From Sminthopsis crassicaudata (lineage: Eukaryota): a stretch of DNA of 64,000 nucleotides. Position 1 is the stretch's first letter. Each line of letters starts with the position of its first letter. Shown here in pieces: positions 41,200-56,079 of the stretch. The position numbers were made by a program, and so were the translations under genes. The notes beneath the pieces are model-generated. The model worked only from the letters and a program-made list of their open reading frames with translations, did not search any database and was not told where the DNA came from. The stretch is taken from the NCBI RefSeq assembly GCF_048593235.1, contig NC_133617.1, positions 377,584,067 to 377,648,066 on the forward strand, written 5' to 3'.

Positions 41200-41800
41200 G
41201 AAGTAATCAAGTATTTATTAAATGCATACTATAAGCCAGACTACTTATTGGAGATAAAGAAAAGCTGGAAATAGCCCCTGCCTTCAAGGAGCTCACAGTT
41301 TCATGGGACCCAGTGGAAGGAGACCGGTGCTCACTGGTAGAAAAATTGTTCCACTTCAAGAGTGCTAATGACCCCAGAGTCTCCCTACTCACAGTGGTCA
41401 TCTACTTCCACTTCTAGTCTCTCCTCACTCTAATCCATGTTACAAACCATTGCCAGATTAATCTTCTTAAAGATCAACTTTGTGTCAATCCTCCTCTCTC
41501 TCTCCTTAATAATCTTTCATGACTCCTTACCATATAACTAAATATGACATTGAAGGCTTCCCATAGTCTGGAATTAGTTTACCGGTTTCAGAATTATCTT
41601 TCTTAATGCCCCCACTACCAAATAGCCTATGCTCCAATCAAACTGAACTATTTACAATTGCCTTGTCCTTTGCCACATCTGTGCTTTTGTTCATACTATC
41701 TTATCTTTCTAGAACACTTACCTGCTCTTTCCCTTTTAAAATTGTATGCATTCTTCTTTTAAATAGATGAATGTCTATTCATCTCCATGTAATCTTTGAA
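41200..41800. mobile_element. L2 fragments (about 41200-41330 minus, 41385-41800 plus)
   Basis: gtatttattaaatgc...cccctgccttcaaggagctcacagt, then ctcactctaatccatgttacaaaccattgccagattaatcttcttaaa. Confidence 0.55.
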
Positions 41801-43909
41801 GAAGTAATTTCTCCCTTTTCTGGACTCTATGCATTTCAATTCCATCACATTTAAGACCTTTGATCATTAATGCCTGTATCTCAGTTTCTTTCATGTAGGT
41901 TTTCAGTTCTTTAGAGGTTAAAAACTCTTTCATGGAGGAATTTATATATTACTTATCACCTTATTCCCTAGATCACATGCCTTGGACATAATGAAATAAT
42001 AAATAATTATTTAATAAATAAATAAATCATATTACCTTTCATTGTATGACCATACCATTATTAAACGTTATTCATTGTGTACAGAGCAGTTTCAAATATA
42101 TAATAGTAGAGGGAATTTCCTCATTGGGAGTTCCCTACCCCAGCAGAATAACAGGAGCAGATATAATCAATCTTTGTATTTATTTTGTTATATATTTTCA
42201 ACTTTTTCATAGCACTCCCAATTATTGATCCCATTTGAGTCTCATAACCACATATATTTGAGAACATTAAAAGTAGAAATATCTTGCAGATCATCCATCC
42301 CAAAATCCTCAATTATAAAATAGAAAAATGGGTACAGAGAAATTAATTTACTACAATCACCTAATAAGTTTATAAGAGAGCTAAGATTAGAACAAGTTGA
42401 ATGAAGTATTCCTTTCTTTCTATTGACTCCCTTCAGTCATAGTCTGCTCTACTTCTTCTCCCTACTACCTGACTCTGTGGGTCAGAGTGGTGCTTACAAA
42501 TGACAAAAGATTCATTTTTAAATGATGATGCCCAATTATTTTGTTCAATAGATAATAATATTAGAGAGAAATAGAAGAATTCATTTCTTTGCTAATGACC
42601 TTGTCACATTCCATTCTTTCCACCATCTTCAATTCTGTTGTTTTCTTGATTTTTGAATATTTATGAATCCAAACCATTTTTAAAGTAATCATCATAGTTT
42701 ATTTTTTAAAAGAAGGTTCATGCTATCTATACAATAAAACAAGCCCTGCAATTTGACTAAAATTAATAAGGTTTTGAGTTATTGTGTGGGAAAAAACTGC
42801 ACATCTACATTCCAGCATAATTATGATTTCATTCTTTGAAATAGATAAATTTCTACTTCTGATTGTTTAGATGCTTCCAGGTATGTCAAAAAGCCTTGAC
42901 TAAACTGAAGCTTTCCCATATTTCATATTCCTAATCATATCTATAAAGACGATGTTTGCTGCAATGCTTTTTGATAATTATTTTAGTAGGAGCATATTGT
43001 TTTCCATTTCTCCCTTTGCATTTCTTAACTGAGATCTGTAAAATGTTAATTGACAGATAATGTATCTGCTAACTGAAGTTGTCTTTAATTCTTAGCAATG
43101 TATTTAATATTGTCATAGAGTGGAATATATTTGTCTGTGCTAACATTCTGTGCTAAGCATCTTGGTGAAAAATAGAATTTGCAGTAACATATGATTAAGA
43201 CCAGCATATGTATAAATAGAATAAATTATGGTATGACAATTGCTGTCATTTTTTTAATTAAAAAATGTCTGTACAAGGCATAAATTTTCCTATTGTTATT
43301 CTTCTAGACTATTAAATTTCTGAGATATGCAGCATAGAGAGAATGTTCATTTACTTTGGTTTATATATGCCACATATTCCTACTTAGAATTAGGTTACAT
43401 TAGCAATCATGAAACAATTTTCTTCCTTATGTAGATTTTTAAAGGATTTTCAAAATATTCCTTTGTGACTAATTTTTAATTCTATCCTTAGTAATAAAAA
43501 TAATAAGACAATGATGAGGATGAGGATGAAGAGGATGACTAACATTTTAAAGAATTTTAAGGTTTGCCAAGTGTTTTACAAATGTTATCTCATTTTATCC
43601 TCGCAACAGCTGTAGGAGGTAGATGATATTATTCTCATTTTACAGATGAAAAACTGAAACAGACAGATTATTACTTATCTCTGCCATACAGCTATGAAAT
43701 AGCTAAGGTCTTATTTGAACTCAGGTCTTCCTGACCACCCAACACCCTAACTGCATCTGGAAAAAATTGGTATTATGCCAATTATAATTTGGAGAAAGTT
43801 ATTTCTCATAACTATAAACCAATAGCACTTGAAAGACAAAATATTGTAATTGAAAATTGGCTGACCCTAGGAGACAGGAAGTCCTTAGTTTGAGTTTATC
43901 TTTGTCACA

Positions 43910-44161
43910 CAAGAGTATGCTGGTAAATATTTTAACCACTGGCTTGGGAGGTGAGGGTGGATTTATGTGAACCTTTAAGTTTAATCTGCATTATTAATAT
44001 TTTCTCCTTCATTTTCTTTAGTCTAGGAAAAAACAGCAAAATAAACAATAAAATCCTGATTTGAAATGTATTATTTACTAATATTGGAAGTATAAAATCT
44101 AACACTGAAAATTTAATAATAGGATCTTATGAGCCTGCTTGAGCTGATTTTAACACACCTG
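43910..44161. mobile_element. MER63-like hAT-Blackjack deletion derivative
   Basis: Ends (tatgctggtaaatattttaaccactggc / gagcctgcttgagctgattttaacacacctg) and interior (aagtttaatctgcattattaatattttctcc) match the recalled MER63 consensus. Confidence 0.65.
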
Positions 44162-44204
44162 TTTATGGGACTAAAGATTACAGAATTCATGGATCTAGAT
44201 CTGA

Positions 44205-44375
44205 AAGCAACCATATAGGTCACCAAGTAACTACATGACCAAGGGCAAGTTACTCAACCCTAGTGCTCCTAGAATATATCTAAAATAATAAGTTACAGAT
44301 GAATGCCAATTCTGATTAGTGAAGAGAATTTCCCATACCAAGGAGTTCTCCACATTAATGAAATTATAGGTTCAG
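44205..44375 (+). mobile_element. MdoRep1-like marsupial SINE
   Basis: gaccaagggcaagttactcaacc...ataagttacagatg...gagaatttcccataccaaggagttctccacattaatgaaattatagg. Confidence 0.55.
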
Positions 44376-44444
44376 ACAACAACAGTAATAATTGAGCTGT
44401 CTACTTCCCAATGTACTTCATAAAATTGAATTTCTATTAAAGTA

Positions 44445-44694
44445 AGCTTCATTTATTTATTTATTTTAAAAATTAATTTTATAATGTACTTTAAAAATAA
44501 AACAAGAATTTCCATAGTGTAATAGAATAGGAAAAAAAGATAATTACACATGAAACTGCAAATTTATTATGTAAAACTTGCAATCCCTTAATAGTTATCT
44601 AACTTTCCTTTTTTATTTCTTTTTTTCTCTTCTCCCTACCCTTCCTATAGAGATGGCTACCATTGGACACAAAACAGTAAATGTGCATGAATGT

Positions 44695-44731
<37 letters not shown>

Positions 44732-44850
44732 TGCATATAACCATTCTACATTTACTTCTATTTAGCATTTCTTTCTCTAGATATAGATATAGGTCATTTG
44801 TAATTAATTTGGGTACCTATAATCATCAGAATGACTTAGTGTGAAATATG
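44445..44850 (-). mobile_element. Probable L1 3'UTR fragment with internal (CA)n
   Basis: catgaaactgcaaatttattatgtaaaacttgc...agagatggctaccattggacac resembles recalled marsupial L1 3' ends. Confidence 0.4.
44696..44729 (+). repeat. (CA)n microsatellite
   Basis: Direct reading. Confidence 0.95.
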
Positions 44851-47800
44851 TTTATTGGTATTATTAGTGGTCATAGTATTATTATGCTTATTAGTACTAT
44901 TAATGATCCTTTTAATTCTTTGTTACACTATAAAGCATATTTTCTCTTCTTTTCTAAATTATTTTCCATTGCAAGAAGCCAGTATTTCTTAAGTGGATAA
45001 GATGCTGAATTTTGGATTCAAATGCAGCTCAAATACAGAGGTTTTTATAATTATGGACAGGCAATTTATCCTGCCCAAGTCTCAGTTTCCTCATATGTAA
45101 AAGGAGGAGTTTGGATTAGATAATCTCTCAGGTGATCTCAGCTAGAGTTTGATACTACTCCTTTGCTTTGTATTCTAGAAAGGCAAGTTATATCAATAGT
45201 CTCTGAGTCCTAAACATGCCAGTTTGCAATGATCTTTTGCAATCATTGCATAGTTTAATATTGCCTTCTCTTTCTTATACAACCTCTAAGTCTTCTATTC
45301 ACTATTGGTGAAATAACTTGAATACTTCAGAGTCAACAGAACCATTGGGGGCCAAAGTAAGACCAATTTTAGACTACACTTCTAAACCATTTCCTTTCTT
45401 CTCTTAGAAGTTCAAGTACAAGTTGCCACCTTCCCTTTCTTTCTTAACCTCTTCCTACTCATAATTCACTTAATTTCAGTTTATGCTATTTCACACTTGT
45501 GCACACCACTATACTTATGAATACATTTACATAGGACATAGGTTAGAGCTAAAAGAGAATCGGGCCTTAGAATACAAGTCAGCTGTGACTGCACATAAAA
45601 AAAGAATCAATAAAGTTTAATTTAAAAAAAACAGATAAAATATATTAAATTTTAAAAGATTATTCTACCCTTTCATGCCATCTGATTTTCAATGAAGACC
45701 TGGGAGTATTAAAAAAATCATATTTTAAAGTATGAAATTAATGTTTGTAAATTAATATTAGTTTGCAATTCCTAGCAAATTTTAGATCATTGCAAAAATG
45801 ATAGAGAGAATGTAAAGATTAGGAAATCATATTAAACAATTTCTTACTTCAACATTTTCCTTTTTTTTCCTCTTTTCCTTTTATACCTCCCAAAGGAAAA
45901 CAAACAAACAAACAAACAAACATATGCTTCTAAAGTATCATGCTTAACTATTTAGGGAACAAGTACAGAGAATTTACGTCTTAGAATCTAGCCTAAATAA
46001 TCTCTATTTCATATTCCCCATAGTTATATTTAGTTATAACATTTTAAAAAGTTGTTTTTACTGGTTTGCTGATATCAAAAACTATTGGTGCTAAAGGAAC
46101 CACATAATTTGATGGGAGAATTTCTATTTTTAAACTCTTAGTACATTAATGTCAGATACAAATTCAATTGTTAGCAAGCTGTGTCAGAATGGAATTCTTC
46201 TCCTCTTTGGTCGCTGAACCAAGGTTTATTGGAAATGATTGACACTATCTTTCTCTAGCTGGTTCACATAAGCGTAACATCATTATGAATATTGGTTATA
46301 GTATGATTTCTATACTTTGTTTTTTCCCTCACCCAAGCCTAAATTGAAATGGAAAAATCAAAAGAGACTTCAATACATTGTGCCTTATGAATTTTAACAC
46401 AGAATTATTGTATTTTCAATTACCATGTTTCAAATAGCAGGAGTATGATAATATTTTTTTCAAAAGTGGGCTGTAAATCTAAATATTAAACAAGTGAAAA
46501 TGAAGACTTGGAAAACTAAATATTCTCATCCAAGGCAGATTGCTGGACATCAAGGTTATCTTAGTGTAAAATTATCAGACAGATTTATTTCTGAAGTTCT
46601 GGCACTTAATAGCCTCATGCATCTCGAGCAAGAACCAAAAGTGAAGAAGTTTGACCAAAAAGTCTGTGAAAGCAAAAGTTTTTTGCCCATGTATGTCCCC
46701 CAACAATATTTCATTTCACATACAAAGTTGGTACACCACAAATATTTGCTGAATGAGTTCCTTGTTGACTAGGATATTGAAACAGAAATCAAATTTTGGA
46801 CCCCTGCCATCCCTATCAAAACTATAGTCTCATAATTCTGGCTAAGTCGTTTGATCTTTTCATTCAAAATTATTCACATTTTTGAAGGGAGAACATTAGG
46901 ACACAACTGTATGACTAAGAGATCAGTTTGGTGTTTTTGAAGTACAAAAAGAAGAGCTATATAATTTAATTAGATAACTTCAGAGAGTGTGAATTGAATA
47001 TCCTAAACTACTAAGTAGTTGCTATGCTAACTAAACCTTGAGAGCTAGACCTTTGGTCCACAATATTTACTATCTGCTTATCTTTGCACACTATGTGGGT
47101 TATTGATTCTGATTATATAAAGGCATTATTTTCCTTTATTATCTTCACCATCACTTCCTTTCCTTTCACAGAGAAGAAAAAAAAACTATAGTGTCAGTAG
47201 CTATTAATAATCCTCTCCTTTGAAATTCTGAAGACTAAGGAATACTATAAGAAAGGAGTATTTTAATAAAGATCCCAAACCACTTGAACTGACTTATTTT
47301 CTTACTTGTATGGAATTTAAGCTTCTTAGTTTTAACTGTGTGATTAGGCACCAATCCATAGAAATCTATTTTTACCTGACAGAGTTACAGAAAAGCAATT
47401 ACAAATCATGCAAATTATTTCACTTCTCCAGCTTATCTTTGAGAGGATATCATGGATCTATCATCTTTCTTCTTACAAAATTAGTTGTACTGAGGAAATC
47501 ATATTGTTGGAGACTTCAAAAGCTGTGAATCAACATGAATGATTCTGCCTTGTCCTAGTTTGTTCTGTGAAGTGACCAAAATAATTGAATCAATTCTAGC
47601 ATTATGATTTCTTTTAAAAAGAGAGAATATCATTTAATTTATGTACACTAATGTTTATTGCAAAAAATTCATAATTTCATTATTGAAACTTTTTAACTTA
47701 GAAAACAATACTTTCCAATTAAAAAAATTATTGAATACTACCCAAGTATATCCCCAAAGAATAAATAGGAAAATTCTCTTCAGTCCCTGCATTAGAGAGA

Positions 47801-48346
47801 TGGAAGACTTAGTAGACTTACTGTCAGATTCAGTTGATGTACTGCTTAGTTGAAGCAGCAGGAGGATCACAGTGTGTAGAGCACTGAACAGAATCAGGAA
47901 GTACATAATTAAAATTTAGTTTGTGTAACTCTGAACAAGTCATTTAACCTATTTATACCTCAGTTTCCTCATCTATAGTGTGGATAATAATAGCATCTAC
48001 TTCTAAGAGTCATTGTGAAGATTAAAAATAGTTAACCAACCTCAAAATACTATATGATTGATATTTTGCAGAAATTTTGTTCTTTTATATTTATTCAGTC
48101 TTATATGGCTCTCTTTATAAAATAGAAGGAAAGGATATATTTGGAAGTGGAAGTGATATAAAAACAAAAAATTTAAAAGTTTTAAAGGTACATAATCACA
48201 GGTAATAATTATGATGATGATGATATGTAATAACTAGCTTTTATATAGCACTTTAAAGTTTGTGAATATATGAGTATGTATATGGATGTGTGTATATCTA
48301 CATATATATGTGTATGTATGTGTATTCACATGTATATGTACATACA

Positions 48347-48837
48347 CAATTATTCCTTCCACATTGCAACTTTTTCCATTGAAATTTAAATATATCATGT
48401 GTTGGTATAAGAAATTAAATGGGAATTTTGCAGAAACCACAGAAAATACACAAAGGCCAGCAGATGATACAGAAAATATTTAGAAAATAAAAAATGCATA
48501 AAATACATATATGGTATTACATAATNNNNNNNNNNNNNNNNNNNNNNNNNNNNNNNNNNNNNNNNNNNNNNNNNNNNNNNNNNNNNNNNNNNNNNNNNNN
48601 NNNNNNNNNNNNNNNNNNNNNNNNNNNNNNNNNNNNNNNNNNNNNNNNNNNNNNNNNNNNNNNNNNNNNNNNNNNNNNNNNNNNNNNNNNNNNNNNNNNN
48701 NNNNNNNNNNNNNNNNNNNNNNNNNNNNNNGAGGGCCAAAAAAATTTTCATGAGATTTTCCAAATTGCAGAGACACCAGGCCCTTAACCCATCTATCACC
48801 CCCCAAAACCAACCACTGATATAGGAAGGGATAATTG
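48347..48837. mobile_element. TcMar/Tigger-like non-autonomous DNA transposon spanning an assembly gap
   Basis: Terminal inverted repeats CAATTATTCCTTCC (48347) and GGAAGGGATAATTG (ends 48837), 13/14 match. TA dinucleotide 3' of the right end. The interior includes N gap 48526-48730. Confidence 0.7.
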
Positions 48838-48884
48838 TACTTTTTTTCTGTCAAAATTGTCTATGTCCTTTTTGTTCCTTATGA

Positions 48885-49121
<237 letters not shown>

Positions 49122-49828
49122 TGAGCTCTCTGCTAACTCTGGCAGTGTCAGAGTGGAGTTAGACTGGCTTTCTTAGTCCTTTGCATCTTAAGAACATAAG
49201 AATTTATACCACCAACTCATTCTGTCCTCCAGATCCTGCTTAAATATTTATGGAATACTCCAGTGGGAGTCTTTAAAAAAATTGTCAGGGCAGAGAAAGG
49301 AAGGAAATTCTGAAAAACAACAGCTAAAAACAAGTCATATTGGGAATGTTTGAAGTTAAGATCTGTCATCTTCATAAATTGGTAAAGGAGGGTTATTACT
49401 CTATTTTTTCTTGTTTATCACAGCTTAGTTATCTGTAACATTGTCTTATTGAATTGATTAATCAGTACTTGACTAAATGCTTCTTGCCTTCTGCTGCCAG
49501 ACCCATCATTAGATTAACTTAGTTAAATCAATGATGTGCTACCTTTCCATCTGTAAGGATTAATTCCTGGCAAGGAGAATCCACTAGCACCATCCTNNNN
49601 NNNNNNNNNNNNNNNNNNNNNNNNNNNNNNNNNNNNNNNNNNNNNNNNNNNNNNNNNNNNNNNNNNNNNNNNNNNNNNNNNNNNNNNNNNNNNNNNNNNN
49701 NNNNNNNNNNNNNNNNNNNNNNNNNNNNNNNNNNNNNNNNNNNNNNNNNNNNNNNNNNNNNCCTACTCTGGGCCAGGCACTGTACTAAGCATTGGAGTTT
49801 TGAGAAAAAGCAAATGATTATCCCTATC

Positions 49829-49831
<3 letters not shown>

Positions 49832-49859
<28 letters not shown>
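49832..49859 (+). repeat. Poly(A)28 tract
   Basis: Direct reading. Confidence 0.9.
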
Positions 49860-49860
<1 letters not shown>

Positions 49861-49914
49861 TTTCATTCTAATAACAGATAGATAGATTTCTTCTTCATTC
49901 TAATAACAGATAGA

Positions 49915-50125
49915 GTCATGTCTGACTCTTAGTGACCACATTGGGGGTTTTCTTGGTAAAGATACTGAAGTGCCTTTTACAGCTCATTTTACAAATGAGG
50001 ATATTGAGGCAAACAGGTTTAAGTGACTTGCTTAAGGTCACACAGCTATTAAATGTTAGGCTATATTTGAACTCAATTCTTCCTGACTCTGGGCTCTGCT
50101 CTACTGCACAACCTAAACTGCCCAG
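49915..50125 (-). mobile_element. Mar1-type SINE
   Basis: gtcatgtctgactcttagtgaccacattgggggttttcttggtaaagatactgaagtg...aagtgacttgcttaaggtcacacagct. Confidence 0.75.
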
Positions 50126-50870
50126 ATGAATATATAGATTGGAAAAAAAAATTCACAACTCGAAAGTTAATTTTATGTATATGGGCTTTCCCCCTATCTT
50201 CCATGACATCCCCCCCATTAAAATATATCATTTCCAGATTGATTTTATGGCTTTCATTTCTTAGTGAAGAGCAGATGACTCAGCAGCTCTTGTATGATAA
50301 GCTGATTTGAATTAGATAAGATGGTAACATCGATAAAATATGTTTGTGAGGTAGGTTGTATTTTTTTCCCCAGCTCATCAGAGACAGCTTTAAGAAACCA
50401 TAAATTGTCTTACTATATAAGAAGGTTAGAATTAAAAGGCATCAAAAAAAATCTGTCAGGGAGCAATTGAATTTATTCTCCCTTTCTTCAGTGTGTACTT
50501 TTCCCAGAGAATAGAATTATTGTAAGAACCAGATGGAACATATTCTCCAAAAATAAGTTGGAAGTGTTGTTATTGAAAGATGACAGTTAGTTTCCAGACT
50601 CTAAACATACTACTGTGACAATTTTTAGAAAATTAATCAGCACAGTCAGAACAGGGGTTGGGGCAGGAGGGAATTGATTTAGAGTTGGAATCCTGGAATT
50701 TAAAACATGATTCTGCAAATTCTTAGTTATATAACATTTACCTCACTGAATCTGTTTACCTTTCTGAAAAAAAGAGAATAGTTTTCTTTCTCCTATTTTG
50801 AAACTAGAACTTCTCATTTCATTTGGGGTTGATTACATTCAGAACAAAAAATAAAGAAACTTAAAAAAAT

Positions 50871-51109
50871 AGTTACTGTTCAATCATTTCAGACTCTTTG
50901 TGATCCCCATTTGTGGTTTTCTTGACAAAGATACTGGAGTAGTTTGCCTGCCCCTTCTCCAGTTCATTTTTCATAAGCAAAACTGAGGCAAATAGGGTTA
51001 AGTGACTTGCCCTGCATCAAATAACTAGTGTATGAAGCCAAATCTGAACTCATAAAGATGAGCTTTTTTTTTATTCCAAGCTCAGTGTTCTAGTCACTGC
51101 ATCATCCAG
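50871..51109 (-). mobile_element. Mar1-type SINE
   Basis: cagactctttgtgatccccatttgtggttttcttgacaaagatactggagtagtttgcc...aactgaggcaaatagggttaagtgacttgccc. Confidence 0.75.
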
Positions 51110-52699
51110 TTTCTATTCCTTCCTCCTAAGCCCATAAACTTGTGATCTCTTCTATTAAGATCATATAGATGCATATGAATGTCTTGGCCTTTTGAAAAGA
51201 AGCATATGTTGGCTCTATAGGTAAACACATTAGTAGCCTTTCCTGGATCCATTAATTCAAGGTTCATTCTTAATATGTGTCACAAACACAGTATGGTCTT
51301 GGCACTATGCTATGCACACAGCAGGTCCTTTGTAAATACTTAGAACAATTGGTATTGATTAAGTGCACCTAATTATTTTCCATTCATATGCTTCTTTCTG
51401 TATTCTTATGAATATTTCCTATATTCTTCCTTTTTAGGCATTTAGAAAGATTGTGAGCATGAGATTGTATATTTAGAACTAAAAAAGGACCTTAGAAGTT
51501 AATGAGTCAAGGCCTACGATTTTACAGATGAACAAACTGAGACCCAGAATGGTTACATGCCTAAGGTCTAACACATAAAAAAGTATTGCAGAGACTCAAC
51601 TTAATGTGCTCTGACCACAAATCAAGAGCTCTTCCCATTGCCTCAAGCTGTCTGCTTCCTACCTACTCCTTTCCATTGCTCTTTAGGGAATATAATGTAT
51701 GCTACTCGTAGTTATCTTCTCAGGAAAAGTTAGCTCATTCATGAAAAATTCATTTGAAAATCAAAACAAATAAAAATAAGATACATTTATATAGGATTTG
51801 AGTTATTGTTGCATTCATGTTCTGAAACATATCGTTCTCTTCCTCTGATAGTTCCATCAATGAAAAAGATAAAAATAGAGGTAGAAAGACAGAGTTGTAC
51901 ATAGTACATGTATATGTGCAGTAAAATGTTTAATTTCAGGATCTTCTAAAACTCGAGATACCTTTTAAAGTTTATTCTGCATAACCAACATTTTCTCCCT
52001 CCTTTTTAAAAGTCTATAAAATCAACGATTAATCAGGCTTTCAGTGTAACTGATATCTGATGTGTAAATGCTTACATTAAAAATTTAATAATTGACTCTT
52101 CCAGGACTTTACATATTGGCTCCAACATATGAACATACATATCTAAATATATAGTATCTCAACCACTAACTTGACTTTAATAAGTTAATGTTTGTATTTT
52201 CATATTTTGTGTATTTTTGAGCAAAAATTATGATATTGTTAAAGTCATCCAAACAATGATATAATGGTCATTTCAAGCCTTTCTGAAAACTTCAGAATAA
52301 TTTGTCGTGTACTTATTCATTCAAAAAATTTTTGAGCATTTATTATTTTATGTGCAATGTAATAGAACATGCAGAGCATTTCAGTTTGCTTAGATAATGA
52401 GTTAAAAATGTATGCCCTGTTTACTGGGAAGTTAAATATATTCCCAATCACATGAACTACCGAAAATAATTAATTTTCATCCACAGGCAGACTTCTGAGT
52501 ACAGAGTATTGGTTTCCAGATGCCTTGAAGTATGTTAAAACTCACTGTTCCCACTCAAGCAGAAACCACTTATGGCTCTTGGTAGAGATGTCTTATCATT
52601 GAACTCAATAAACAGAATGAAGAATATTCAGCAAAGTAAAACTTTACCCATCTGACTTAAATTCCCCTAGTTTCCAAAGCTACCTGAAGGATTTTGACA

Positions 52700-52740
52700 T
52701 AGACAGACAGACAGATAGATAGATGATAGATAGATAGATA
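52700..52740 (+). repeat. (GACA)n(GATA)n tetranucleotide repeat
   Basis: Direct reading. Confidence 0.9.
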
Positions 52741-53842
52741 AACATTTATTTAGTGATTTCTATGTGCTAGGTAATGTGCTAAGTAAGCCCTGGTGATGGA
52801 AGTATAAGTATCTAGAACAGTCTTTGTGTTCAAAGAACTTATAGTTCCAATGAACAAGCAACATGTACAGGGGTAGCAAAAAGGGGAAAGGTGGGGCCCT
52901 TCCCAAAATGATGGTGATGAGAGGTACTACCATTGAATAAAGAAGGACCTAAGAATGAAAATTCCCCAGAAATGTAATGCAGCAAACTAGGAGAAGGAGT
53001 TGGACTTTGAAAAGAATCAAAAGCAAACTAATTATAAGCAGAATTAATAAAAACTAGAAAGGAGAAGATTGGGGAGAGTAGTGGGGAAAATGCTTGTGCT
53101 TATACATTTTTTAAAATAAGGAATTTTCTATTTTCACAAATTCATAACTAAAGAAAGATATTACAAAGTACAAGATATATGCCAGATTTTTAGGGGATAT
53201 CAAGAAGTACTGCCTTTAGCTATCCAAGTCCTCGCATTTGCCTCATTTTCCCAGTTTCATCAGTTCCCTCAGCCTCTGGGGTTAAATAAGAGATTAAAAA
53301 TCTATGGAATCAAAATTAGTTATATCCCCTACTTATTTTCTGTACCCTGACCCATTTCTATCAATTATATTTATTTTCTTTTTTCATTATTTGAAAAAGA
53401 GAGCCATAGAACATTTGAAGAGTTGCTAGTCTACTGATACGAACTTAAGATCTTTTATCAAGTGTTAAAAGGGATTTTGCCATTCATCTAGTTCAGCCAT
53501 CTTATTTTGCAGATGACAGATAAAACTCAGAAAACAACCACAATTTGATCAAGATAATATAGGTTTGGATAACTCAGAGACACTTAGGTTATACAGTTAA
53601 TAGAGTTCTAGATCTGGAGGAAGGAAGACAAGTTCAAATCCAACCTCAGATATAGACTAGCCCTGTGACCACAGACAAATCAGTTCATCTCATTCCGCCT
53701 GGCTTTCTTCAACTACAAAATAGTGATAACTATTTCTCTTGAGTGTTATGAGAATCAAATGATATGATATTTTTATTAGAGATGATATTTTGAAGTGCTT
53801 AATAGAATGCTTGGTACATAGAAGGCACTTAATACTATAGTT

Positions 53843-53973
53843 ATTTCTTTTCTTTCCTATTCCTTCTTCCTTCTTTCCTTCCTTTCTTTTTTTTCTTTCT
53901 TCTCTCCTTCCTTTTCTCTTTCTTTCTTCCTTCCTTTCTTCCTTATTTCCTTCCTCTTTTACTTCCTTTCTTC
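53843..53973 (+). repeat. CT-rich low-complexity tract
   Basis: Degenerate (TTCC/TTTC)n. Confidence 0.85.
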
Positions 53974-55133
53974 CATCCTAGAGAAAATACTTTTTCACAA
54001 AATAAGGTTTTATGCAATTATCACTCAGTATTTACATTTCTATATCCTATTTTGATATTTTATAATTTCATACTTTTCTCTTTTGTTTGATTAGGCTTTT
54101 TGTCCATCTTCTCTGCCCTTTTGCTGTTTTTATTTTTTTTTCAAAACCTCCCAGTGAGTTGGCTGGAAATTAACTTACAAAGTGGGATAATTATTTTGAA
54201 ATTATCCTTGTCATTCAAAATTGAGACATTTCCTTCCCCCACTGCTTTGGGCAGAATTTCTACTTAGAACAGTCATGATAAACTTGAGCAAGAGTTCATT
54301 AGAAATATTCCACTTACTTTGAATAGGCTTGCATTTCCTATGTAGTTATTTTAATTTAAGTCTAAAAAATTAATTCAACTTATTTTTTTTTCTCTTCATA
54401 GATTAAAAACAATCAAAATGCTCTTTTCCTCCTTTTGAAGCTTTTAGTCTTAGGTAACTCTGTTCTCTGAGGAAAAGCTAGGGCTTCTCTACCACAAAGT
54501 TTTCCACCCTTCCTTTGAACTGTTGTTACAAAAGACTATGCAGAACCTTCTCAAGTATAGTAATCTGACTGAAAATTGTAAGGTTTGCTATCAAAGAAAA
54601 AAGAATCATAATTCTATATCCAGGGAACTTGTTCGGATAGATTTATGCTGCAAATAACTTTTAGATAGCCGTGTCTTTATTTTGATATAGAAGATAATGA
54701 TAGTGATTATTATTTGTATCATTTTATTAGAGATGCCTTTCAGCACTGGGTAACTGATTTGTTTGACAGTTGACATGGCATGTTTAAATCACAGAAAAAT
54801 TGGCATATTGGCTGTGAGATAATCATGCAGTAGAAGCCAGGTTTGGCACATTGGATTTACTGATACCACTAGTCACATAAATGTCTCTCCCTCCCCATCA
54901 CTTTTGATTATAGGGCCTAGTCAGTATAGCCAATATAGAGTATCAGTGAAATATATCTTACTGGCCTTCCTGAAATAAAGATCTTAGCACTGTGGGATTT
55001 GTAACTTTTTGGAATTAATATCTACTCATATGACATGGGATAAGGGTAGGAAGATCAGTGAGAAAAGAGAAGATAGAGAAATAAATTCTTATTGGGTAGC
55101 TAAATTCCATACTTTCATGCTGTCATTCTAAGT

Positions 55134-55311
55134 CAGGTATTTGTAACCTTTTCTGCTTGTGTCATGGACCCTTTCTCTGCGCAATGTTTTTTAAATGCAT
55201 AAAATAAATAGTATAAATGCAAATGATCATAAAGGAAACCAGCTATACTCAAAGATAGTTATTATTTTTTTCTTCTAAAAAAAAATTCAAGACTGATGTT
55301 AAGTACCACTG
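55134..55311. mobile_element. hAT-Charlie-type MITE relic
   Basis: caggtatttgtaacctttt...gtcatggaccc...tttttaaatgcataaaataaa...aaaggaaacc...gttaagtaccactg. Confidence 0.5.
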
Positions 55312-55677
55312 TTACAAAAGGAGGAAAATTGGCTCCATTAGAATATGAACTCTTTGAGGGGAGGGGCCATGTTTTTGCCTTTCTTTGTATCCCCAGCACT
55401 TGCCACAGTTCCTGACACATAATAATGGCTTGATAAATGATTGTTGATTGATTGATGGATTAATGGGGGAGGGGAGAGAAATTCCAGAGCTCTGATTAGC
55501 TTTTGTTCATTCTTAGGAAAAGCTTCTTAAGATATGATCAGGAAAAATAGAACAAAAACTACTTCAAAAAGAGCTGAAGGAAGGAGACAGAGACCCTGGG
55601 ACATAGGGAGGGGAGGATAGAGTGTGGCTCAGCCAGACATAAAAGATAGAGAGGAGGAATGTTTTGCTAATTATTAG

Positions 55678-56079
<402 letters not shown>

